From Lytechinus pictus (lineage: Eukaryota): 64,000 nt of DNA. Below are positions 26,114 to 37,287 of this stretch, piece by piece; positions within the stretch are counted from its first letter, which is position 1; every line of letters starts with the position of its first letter. Below the pieces are notes generated by a model. That model searched no databases. It saw nothing but the letters and a program-made list of their open reading frames with translations, and was not told the DNA's origin. Position numbers and translations under genes: made by a program. The stretch is taken from positions 30,320,001-30,384,000 of the forward strand of contig NC_087251.1 of assembly GCF_037042905.1 (NCBI RefSeq), given 5' to 3'.

Positions 26114-29100
26114 TAGTGGAGCGGTTATGTGACAAAAAATGGCCAAGATGCTCGGATCTGGCAGAAAGTGTAAAAATTGGCATACAGGGGTATTTTTGGG
26201 CGCTGATTTCAAAAATTGCCGGCCCCAAGCGATTTGACAATCGGGTCGGCCGCCATTTTGAAATCCAAAATGGCCGCCATGAAATATCATTAAATGTCAT
26301 TTTCTTGAGTTTAACATGGCATGTGACACTGAAATTTGGCATATAGGGGTATTTTGAGGCACTGATTTCAAATATTGCCGGCCCCCAGCAATTTGACCAT
26401 TTGGCCGGCGGCATAATGGCCGCCATCTTGAAATCCAAGATGGCCGCCATGATATATTATTGCAATCATTTTTTCGAGTTTTATATGAACTGCGGTATTG
26501 AAATTTGGCATATAGGCTTAATTCGGGTTGCTGATTTCAAATATTGCCGGCCCCAAGTGATTTGACCATCGGGTCGGCCGCCATTTTGAAATCCAAGATG
26601 GCCACCATGAAAAATCATTAAATGTCATTTTCTTGAGTTTAACATGGCATGTGACACTGAAATTTGGCATATAGGGGTATTTTGAGGCACTGATGTCAAA
26701 TATTGCCAGCCCCCAGCAATTTGACCATTTGGCCGGCGGCAAAATGGCCGCCATCTTGAAATCCAAGATGGCCGCCATGATATATTATTGCAATCATTTT
26801 CTCGAGTTTTATATGAACTGCGGTATTGAAATTAGGCATATAGGCTTAATTTGTGGTGCTGATTTCAAATATTGCCAGCCCCAAGTGATTTGACCATCGG
26901 GTCGGCCGCCATTTTGAAATCCAAGATGGCCGCCATGAGAAATCTTTAATGTCATTTTCATGAGTTTTACATGACGTGTGACACTCAAATTTGGCATATA
27001 GGGGTATTTTTAGGCACTGATTTCAAATATTGCCGGCCCCCAGCAATTTGACATTTTGGTCGGCGGCAAAATGGCCACCATTTTGAAATCCAAGATGGCC
27101 GCCATGAAAAATCATTAAATGTCATTTTCTTGAGTTTTACATGATAGGCGACACTGAAATTTGGCATATAGGGGTATTTTGAGGCACTGATGTCAAATAT
27201 TGCCGGCCCCCAGCAATTTGACCTCCAGGTCAGCAGCAAAACGGCCTCCATCTTAAAATCAAAGATGGCCGCCTTGAAAGATAATTTGCTCAAGTCTTAC
27301 GTATGGCATGTAACACTTTAAATTTGGAAAAAAACTTGATCTTTGCATCGTTGATCAATGAAAAGAACATAGTAAATAGATGCTATTTTGAATTCCACTA
27401 TGGTTACCAAGTTTGAATGATGTTCAACATTATAATGGTGAGTAAACATATGTATCATCAGTCAAAAGAGAAGAAAATAAGCTTTCTTTTGGCGTCCGAG
27501 TTGCTTTCTACACGTGTGTTAAGTTCGACGGCATCGCCCACAACTGAGATTTCCCTGTGATCTCCATAGACTTCTCTCGAATCCAGTAATGTTCATCCAA
27601 TTTATGGCAGCCATCTTGAAATCAAAGATGGCTGCCATAAAAAAATCATTTAAAAAAATCAAGTATCATAATTATAATGTAGGTATTAATTTGAAATTTG
27701 GCATTTTGGATAACCATCGTGTGATCGACAATCTGACAATGGGAGCATGTTCGCCTCACAATCGGGAGATCGGGAGTTCAAGCTCCGACAGCATCAGCTC
27801 AAAAGATGTTAGAAAAGGGGAGCTGCTTCTAACCTGTTTGGCGGTCAACGAATTAAAGGGGAGGTTCAACCTGACAAAAAGTTTATTGAAACAATAACAG
27901 AATAAGTAATGAAAAAAAATATTGCAGGTTTGAGGAAATTCCATCAAATATTTAAAAAGCTATTGGAATTTCATTTGGTGATTTGTGACGTCAGATGCAA
28001 GCAGTTCCCCCATGTTTCTTATAGTACAAAAATCAATGAAATGTAGCCTCCTAAAAAAAATGAAAACGTTTTTTATTGAACCCTCAGTATATCAACAAAT
28101 GATTTCACACCCGCTCCAGAAAGAAAAAAAATACCCATGATGAACCATTTATGCATTTTATATCACGCAACATATTGGGAAAGCTGCTCGTACAGTAGCC
28201 TATATGACGTCACAAATCAAAAACTTAAAATTCTAATATCTTTGATGGATCCACCAATATCTTTTTTATATCATATTTTCTTTTGTTTTTACAACAAACT
28301 TTTCTCTGGGGTGAACTCCCTTTTTAAAGGATAGAGCAACGTCCGATGTCGCGCTGCTAAGTTGCTGCCGGGCTCACGATCTACAGGGTATGGGCAAAAT
28401 AAATTTTCGGAGCATTTCTGTTACTGAATTCTATTTTGAACAATAAAATATGTATTATTATCATCCATTATTAATATTAATTTCATTTCATCATCATCAT
28501 CATCATCATCATACTATTATATAACCATCAGTACTTCAAGTCTGGAGCAGTTTTCTTCATGTTGATTTGTAATAAAATATTGCAATTATTGGAGCAATAT
28601 TCTAAAACCAGCGGGCCAAAATCTTGCCTGTATTTCTAAAATGCAGTGCCTCAAATTGTTTAAAACCAAGAAAATGATTTATTGAATTTTCATGACAGTC
28701 TACCCTCTCTAGATTTCAAGATGGTGGCCATTTTGCAGCATATCTGTTGGACAGATTACTGGGGGCAATTTCAATATCCCTAGATGCCAAACTTTAAAAT
28801 AATACGTTACGTGATACTAGATAAAGTGATTTTTTTTCAATGATCTTTTTTCATGGCAGCCATCTTGGATTTCAAGATGGCTGACATTTTGCCTCTGACT
28901 CAGGATCAGATCGCTGAGGGCCAGCAATATTTGAAATAAGCACCCCACACTCCGTGATTTGTCAAAGTGCAATAATGCAGATCATATAAAACTCAAAGAA
29001 ATAATTTAAAGCCTCTCAACAGAAAATGATTGTTCCGGATGGTTATTATTCAACCAAAGCCACTTCAAATGTGTAACTGCAGAAGAAGCTAGCTGGTTTG

Positions 29101-30544
29101 TGTATTTATGGTGCTTCATACTTACGTAACATCTATATCAGCAATTAAGGATGCCAAATTCCTTGCAACGGACAAAGATGTGGTTGTGTTGGATTTGTTT
29201 TCAGTGCCAATGCAATGGGTTTTTACTCACCATTATAATGTTGAACATCATTCAAACTTGGTAACCATATTGGAATTCAAAATAGCATCTATTTACTATA
29301 TTCTTTTCATTGATCAAGGATGCAAAGATCAATTTTTTTTCCAAATTTAAAGTGTTACAGGCCATACGTAAGACTTGAGCAAATTATCTTTCATGGCGGC
29401 CATCTTGGATTTTAAGATGGCGGCCGTTTTGCTGCTGACCTGGAGGTCAAATTGCTGGGGGCCGGCAATATTTGACATCAGTGCCTCAAAATACCCCTAT
29501 ATGCCAAATTTCAGTGTCGCCTATCATGTAAAACTCAAGAAAATGACATTTAATGATTTTTCATGGCAGCCATCTTGGATTTCAAAATGGCGGCCATTTT
29601 GCCGCCGACCAAATTTTCAAATTGCTGGGAGCCGGCAATATTTGAAATCAGTGCCTAAAAATACCCCTATATGCCAAATTTCAGTGTAACACGTCATGTA
29701 AAACTCGTGAAAATGACATTAAAGATTTCTCATGGCGGCCATCTTGGATTTCAAAATGGCGGCCGACCCGATAGTCAAATCACTTGGGGCTGGCAATATT
29801 TGAAATCAGCACCACAAATTAAGCCTATATGCCTAATTTCAATACCGCAGTTCATATAAAACTCGAGAAAATGATTGCAATAATATATCATGGCGGCCAT
29901 CTTGGATTTCAAGATGGCGGCCATTTTGCCGCCGACCAAATTGTCAAATTGCTGGGGGCCGGCAATATTTGAAATCAGTGCCTCAAAATACCCCTATATG
30001 CCAAATTTCAGTGTCACATGACATGAAAAACTCAAGAAAATGACATTTAATGATTTTTCATGGCGGCCATCTTGGATTACAAAATGGCGGCCGACCCGAT
30101 GGTCAAATCACTTGGGGCCGGCAATATTTGAAATCAGCACCCCAAATTAAGCCTATATGCCAAATTTCAATACCGCAGTTCATATAAAACTCGAGAAAAT
30201 GATTGCAAACAAATATCATGGCGGCCATCTTGGATTCCAAGATGGCGGCCATTTTGCCGCCGGCCAAATGGTCATATTGCTGGGGGCCGGCAATATTTGA
30301 AATCAGTGCCTCAAAATACCCCTATATGCCAAATTTCAGTGTCACATGACATGAAAAACTCAAGAAAATGACATTTAATGATTTTTCATGGCGGCCATCT
30401 TGGATTTCAAAATGGCGGCCGACCCGATGGTCAAATCGCTTGGGGCCGGCAATTTTTGAAATCAGCGCCCAAAAATACCCCTGTATGCCAAATTTCACAC
30501 TTTCTGCCAGATTCGAGCATCTTTTTCACATATCTACTGGACTA
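26114..30544. mobile_element. Foldback non-autonomous element, Academ-like
   Basis: TAGT...ACTA termini, AAA on both flanks, ~1.33-kb inverted arms (26114-27446 / 29221-30544) built of alternating ~169/159-bp units. Confidence 0.85.
27857..28323. mobile_element. Kolobok-like element nested in the foldback loop
   Basis: TTAA|AGGGGAGGTTCA ... TGAACTCCCTT|TTAA with internal inverted TGTGACGTCA motifs. Confidence 0.7.
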
Positions 30545-31329
30545 AAAGGACAGTGCAACCAACGTGGATAATGTACTGTACTAGTCTATGAATTCAGACA
30601 CAATTTACCCAAAGACGGTTTACATAACATATTAGTGAGAGTACAGTGCATTTCCAAAACATAAACAGGATGTATAATCTTGGAATTTCCTTTGTATGTA
30701 AGGGTTTCTTTCTGTTGGTTTCACTGCCCTTTTTTCTCTTGATTCATCAGAATCATAATAAAACTTTTTTTATCAATCTGAAACAACATATGAGCCGAGA
30801 CTAAAACGCGGGAAGTCGGAGAATATGACCGAAAAAGAATGTTTTTTTTCCCAACTCTGTGCTGTACGTAGTGTTCATTCTGAAATCACTTTTCTAAATT
30901 GTTCCCGTGTTATATTGGAAGTTAGACTTAGACAATAGGGGATGTACTCGCAAGCCCCAGCCCCCGCCAGCCAAGGCAAGAGCAAGGAAGGTAGGAAAAC
31001 AGAATGGTGTTGTGTGTTGTGCATGTGAGGAACGTACTGATCGATGATCCTATAATATGTCGATACGCGATCAAGGCTTTTTCTGCTCTGCCGTTCACCG
31101 AGTGACAAGGCAATGTAGCGTACTACATTATCGTTCTTGCGTAGCACACTCACGGCAGCGGTGGTGGTGTGTCTGCAGAGGGGTGGATAACTGGATTTGG
31201 GTGATAGAGGGGGTATGTTACAGTTTTGAAATTACTTTGTCGGGATATCCGAGAAGGTAAAATTCACACATATAAGAGCATAATTTATCATGAAAAACAC
31301 CTTTTCATTTCATATCATCCACATCACGA

Positions 31330-33200
31330 CTGTTTTAGGACATACACATTCATATAATATACAAATTAATTAGAATGGTGACAGGCCAATTTCGAGGAAT
31401 TACCAAAACTATCCACCCTCTTTAATGGGGACAAAAGAAAATCACAAGAGTGAGTACTAAAATGCATATTACTAGTATTAAGATAAGCGAGTGGAATACT
31501 GGCTAAAATATAATTTTTAACAAAATATAAATGCAATTTATGTGATAAATGCTGTATTTTTGACATTCAAAAGGGCCGTCATAGGCCCATTTTACATCAT
31601 GTAAAGAGTGATTGGAGAAATTAATTTTCACAAGAGTAAGAACTATAAAATGCATGTAATTGTGATCACCGAGTAAAATAATGTCTGAAAACATGTTTTC
31701 TAGCGAAACATATCATTTCTTTTGTCATGCATGAGATAAATGCTGTATTGTGAAATTCAAAATAGGCCCTGACAGTATTATCTACAATGTAAATGGGGAC
31801 ATGTAATTTTGTGAGAATTTGGATCTACTTGACTATGAAATCCATAAAATCCTGTTGTATGATAAAACATTATTTGAAAACATGATTTTTATGAAATATA
31901 GCATTTCTTCTGCCATGTAAGTGATAAATACTGTATTTTGACATTCAAAATAGCTACCAATACAAGCCCTAACTATATTATGTTACATGCGTAGAGGGAA
32001 TATACTTTTTACAGGAGTGAGAATCATAAAATGCATGTAACTGTGATGTTTGAGTAAAAATATTGTCTTAAACATGATTTCTATATAGATACATCACATA
32101 TTGGTCATGGAGGTAATAAATGCTGTACTTTGAAATTCAAAATGGCTGCCATAGGTCCTAAAAGTATCATGTACATTTTAATTTGGGACATATAATTTTG
32201 ACAGAATTTGGCTTTGCTTGACTATAAGTATTGCATATTATAATTGTGATGTAAGAGTGAAATATTGTCTAAAACCATAGTTCCTAACGAGGTATATCAT
32301 ATCTGATGCATTTAAGGTGATAAATGCTGCATTATGAAATGGAAAATGGCCGCCATGGGCCCTTATTGTATTATGTACAATTTGAATGAGGACAGATAAT
32401 TTTCAAAAAGGGGCATATGGTGGCCATTTTGAATTTTGAAATATAAAATTTATCACCTAAATTTTAGATGATATGATATATTTCGTTAGTAATCAGACAA
32501 TATTTCACTCATACAACACCATTTAGTCAAGCAAAGCCAAAATCTGTTAAAATCATTTGTCCCCATTCACATTGTACGTAATACTGTTGGGGCCTGTAGC
32601 GGCCATTTTGAATTTCAAAATACAGTATTTATCACCTACCTGGCAGAAGAAGTTATATATCTTGTTAGAAATTATGCTTTTAGACAATATTTGACTCAGA
32701 TCACAATTACGTGCATTTATGGTGCTCACTAGTGTGAAAATTTATTTCCTAGTTCGCATTGTACATAATACAATCAATGTCTATGGCGGCCATTTTGAAA
32801 GTCAAAATACACTATTAAACACAAACTTTAAACCTGAATGATATATTTCGTTAAAAATTGTGTTTTTTAGACAGTGTCCCATTTATTCATCACAAATAAA
32901 TGCATTTCAGTGCTCACTCTTGTGATTTCTTTGGTCCTCTTTCTCATTGTACATAATACTGTTAGGGCCTTTGGCGGCCATTTTGAATATCAAAATACAG
33001 CATTTATCATATACATGGCATATTAAATAATATATTTCGTTAGCAATTGTGTTTTTAGTCAGTATTCCACATGTTCTCTTAATAATATGCATTTTAGTGC
33101 TCACTCTTGCGATTTTTGTTGGCCCCTTTGCCATAGAAAATAATACTATTTGGGCCAGTGGCAGCTATTTTTAATATTAAATACAACAATTTTCCCATAC
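31330..33200. repeat. Diverged inverted tandem arrays (Academ-like internal repeats)
   Basis: Units with tgataaatgctgtattttgacattcaaaatggccgccataggccc run forward to ~32400 and inverted from ~32415. Confidence 0.7.
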
Positions 33201-33207
33201 ATGACAT

Positions 33208-33886
33208 CAGTGGCGTAACTACGGGGGGGGGGGGGGGGGGCACGTGCCCCCCCCCCCCCCCCCCCCCATCGGCTGGCCTAAAAAAAAACGGGGAAAGTGG
33301 GAAAAGGAGAAAAGAGGGAGAAAGGAAGAGAAGCGAAGTGGGAAAGAAGAAAATATTATTCATTATAATGTTATATTATATTATAATTATGTTGTGTTAA
33401 ATTATACATAAGAAACATTTTTATCATAACTTTATGAAACATAATTTGCCCAGGGCCTACGTCTTCATTGTTCCTGGTGCTCGCATTGTCTGTTTAACGA
33501 GATATATAATCCTGTTGTACTAAAACATCCCGTTTTCAAGTCAATATAAACCAAATATATTTCCTATCACTTGAGTTATCGTTGTTTTACGTAGTTACAT
33601 ATCACCTTTTCATGACTCAAAAAGTGATTGCCTCATGTGAAGGTCTTCGTATATATGAAACATTTCCTGTCCGTGATTACGTTCGCATTAGTGGATTGGT
33701 GAGATATGTCTGCTTTTCATGAATTCCTAAAATCAGTCCTTAAAATGTCCCTTCTTCTGATCTGAATATCAACAATTTTCAGCTCGCGCTTTGCGCTCGC
33801 ATCATTTGGTTAATGAAATACGTATGGTCCTAGTTAATTCCTACAAAGAAACCTTAGAATGCCCCACTTCAGGTCTGAATTATCTA
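33208..33886 (+). mobile_element. Truncated copy of the hAT element at 34668
   Basis: CAGTGGCGTAACTACGG start; near-identical to 34668-35336. Confidence 0.8.
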
Positions 33887-34246
33887 TATACAAAGTGCGA
33901 GCGCGAAGCGCGATCGATTTTTTTTTTTTAACTTTCATATATGTATTTCGTCCTGAAAATTTAATATTCTGGGCACTGTTTGTGATCCTGAACAAGATGC
34001 GTATGTAACTAGACAATTACTGAGAATGCCAAGCACGAGCAGAATTTTTTAATAAGTGTTCTAGCATGATCGAAAAGGGACCTGTTAAGGACTGTTTACA
34101 GTTACCCACCAAGACGGTACATATTTCAATAATGGGAACGCGAAGCGCGAGCTAAAGATTGTTGACATTCCGACCTAAAAATTGTCATTCTAAGCCCTTT
34201 TTGTAATCATAAATGGGATAGGTATGTAACTAAACAATAATTGATG

Positions 34247-35747
34247 CACTGGCGTAAAACCCGGGGGATGGGGGGATATATCCCCCCACTTTTCGAGGAG
34301 GGGGGGATGGCCTGTACAAACATCCCCCCAGTTTTTACGAAAGAAATGAAAAAAAAATCACAAGAGATAATTGTTTTATTGGTGAAAATTCTTCCTAAAA
34401 TACCGCTTAACAAATAAAACAATATTATTGAATCATAAAATGCAAATAAACTTGAGAGCCAGTTCACCATTTCCAAACGAAATACTTATGTCCTTATTAT
34501 AAAATTGAAGAGAAACCCCGTTTCTTCCAATTCATCAATGTTGGGGTCTTTGGGAAGGGATTAAGATGGAATGTCAAAACATTTTGAATGTAATCTCTAA
34601 TAAAACCATTAACCATCATGGGGTAAAAAAGATAATAATATTGGAGGGTATTTGGCATATGGACATACAGTGGCGTAACTACGGGGGGCATGGGGGGCAC
34701 ATCCCCCCCCCCCCCCCATCGGCTGACCCAAAAAAAAACGGGGAAAGTGGGAAAAGGAGAAAAGAGGGAGAAAGGAAGAGAAGCGAAGTGGGAAAGAAGA
34801 AAATATTATTCATTATAATGTTATATTATATTATAATTATGTTGTGTTACATTATACATAAGAAACATTTTTATCATAACTTTATGAAACATAATTTGCC
34901 CAGGGCCTACGTCTTCATTGTTCCTGGTGCTCGCATTGTCTGTTTAACGAGATATATAATCCTGTTGTACTAAAACATCCCGTTTTCAAGTCAATATAAA
35001 CCAAATATATTTCCTAGCACTTGAGTTATCGTTGTTTTACGTAGTTACATATCACTTTTTCATGACTCAAAAAGTGATTGCCTCATGTGAAGGTCTTCGT
35101 ATATATGAAACATTTCCTGTCAGTGATTACGTTCGCATTAGTGGATTGGTGAGATATGTCTGCTCTTCATGAATTCCTAAAATCAGTCCTTAAAATGTCC
35201 CTTCTTCTGATCTGAATATCAACAATTTTCAGCTCGCGCTTCGCGCTCGCATCATTTGGTTAATGAAATACGTATGGTCCTAGTTAATTCCTACAAAGAA
35301 ACCTTAGAATGCCCCACTTCAGGTCTGAATTATCTAAGTTTTCAGCTCGCGCTCGCATTGTTTAGCGAGACAGGTACCTATCATGATTACACAAATTTGA
35401 TTATAATGTTCTTTTTAGGTGTGAATATAACAAAATTTCAGCTCGCGCTTCGCGCTCGCATTATTTGATTAGTGAGATACATATCCGTTTAATGACATTG
35501 TCCTTAAAATGTCTCTATTAGGTCAGTATAACTGGCAACTGAGCGCGCTTCGCGCGCTCACTAGCGCACTCACTCAGTGATTCAAAAATGTTGCTGGTGC
35601 CCCCCCTCCCCCAATGCCGTGACCTATACGGTACGCCACCGTGGACATATCAATGACAATTCCTTGCATATCTAAAAACATGATTGCAAAAAAATGCCAA
35701 AATATTTCAGTCATCCCCCCACCCATCAACACGGATTTACGCCAGTG
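34247..35747. mobile_element. hAT-like MITE hosting the 34668 insertion
   Basis: CACTGGCGTAAA / TTTACGCCAGTG; no TSD. Confidence 0.6.
34668..35641 (+). mobile_element. Young non-autonomous hAT element
   Basis: CAGTGGCGTA / TACGCCACCG; perfect 8-bp TSD TGGACATA. Confidence 0.9.
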
Positions 35748-35937
35748 CAGGGTATATGTCTTCATTGTTCCTGGTGCTCGCATTGTCTGTTTAATGAGAT
35801 ATATAATCCTGTTGAACTAAAACCTCACGTTTTCATGTCAATATAAACCAAATATATCTCCTCCCACTGACCCACTTCGAGTTATATAGTTTTATGTACT
35901 GACATATGCTTCTTAAAGTGATTGCCCCATTTTAAGG

Positions 35938-36470
35938 TTGATTGATTGATTGATTTTTTATTTCCATGCAAAAAATTAATCATACAACATAAAATATATT
36001 GACAATATTACACGGTAAATAACAATAAACAATCATTGCATGGGAGGGGACAGTCATAAGCACAAAGGCTTGAAAAAGGACGCCCCTCATGAAGACTACG
36101 GCCCTGAATAAAATCAATATAAGTCATTAAAAAAAATTACAATAACAGCAGGGCCAAAAGGAAAACACATCAAGCATGTCAAGAATGTATCGAAGATAAT
36201 GAAGCCTTTGGTAGCCTTTTGGTATGGTCTTCCCAGTTAAGTTTATTGACAATTACAATTCCTAGATATCTGTATGTAAAGACCTGTTCAATTTCTTCTT
36301 CATGGATTTTAATTTTAGATCATGATACATTACTTTACTTACGATAGCCTACAACAATTTCCTTTGTTTTAGCTTCGTTAAGTTTCAGACAGTTGCTTTT
36401 ACACCAAGTAACAAACTCATCTAGAAATTTGTTGTAGTTTGAGTCTTCAGAATCCTTTGGGATGAGACAA
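35938..36470 (-). mobile_element. Decayed LINE 3' fragment (CR1-group, Rex1/Babar-like)
   Basis: Minus strand reads FVTWCKSNCLKLNEAKTKEIVVGYRK*..EQVFTYRYLGIVIVNKLNWEDH (end of RT); (AATC)n tail at ~35938-35955. Confidence 0.75.
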
Positions 36471-36516
36471 TAATAATCATTCACAAAATATACCATTTAT
36501 ATAATGAAAAAATACT

Positions 36517-37131
36517 ATGTTCACTGACCCTAACTTGGGTGTAATCTTAGATCCTGCCCTAAATTGGAAGGATCACTTACAACATGTTAGTAAACTTGGA
36601 CCTAGATTAGATCTATTCAGAAGATTGAAACAATTTTTACCACTAGATAGTATCAAGATGCTAGCAAATGCTCTGGTATTGCCACTGTTCGACTACTCCA
36701 TCACTGCTTGGTCAAATTGTGCAATTGCGACCAAAGAGTCGCTTGTGAAACAACATAAAATAATGGCACGAATTGTCCTTGGAGTTGGTACACGTACTTC
36801 CACAGATTATGTTTTAATTGAGTCAGTTGAACTGGACATCAATTGAAATCGGTGGAAAATGCAAAGATGTAAGCTGGTATACAAAGCTTTAAATGGACAG
36901 GCACCAAAATACCTGACCAATTTATTTGACAAAGCGAATTCTATTCATGGTTACAGAACCAGAGCTGCAATAACTGATGGACTTTTGATACCAAAAGCAA
37001 GGACAAATTCTGGCAAACAAGCTTTTTCCCATGTTGGTGCAGTAGAGTGGAATCGTTTACTGCAAGATGTAAGGCAGGCACCTTCTAAACACACATTTTC
37101 TGCAAGATTCTGGAAAGTGACCCAAAACTAG
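36517..37131 (+). pseudogene. LINE (CR1/L2 group) ORF2 C-terminal remnant
   Basis: LGVILDPALNWKDH..LVLPLFDYSITAWSN; frameshift; LVYKALNGQAPKYL..HGYRTR..LLIPKARTNSGKQAFSHVGAVEWNRL. Confidence 0.85.
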
Positions 37132-37287
37132 GTAACACCCCTCATGACATTCCTTTTATGACTAACTCACCTAATACAGTAAAATATATCTTATACATAT
37201 CTATATTTATAACCAATTTTAGTATACCAATAAACAATTTTACGTGCCTGACACCATGTGGTTGCTGATTCAACTCCACTGAACTAT

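Noticed and set aside
25914..30571. Family of MAAILDFKMAA... ORFs on both strands
   Set aside because: Artefact of the repeated ATGGCGGCCATCTTGGATTTCAAGATGGC module; non-coding TE arms.
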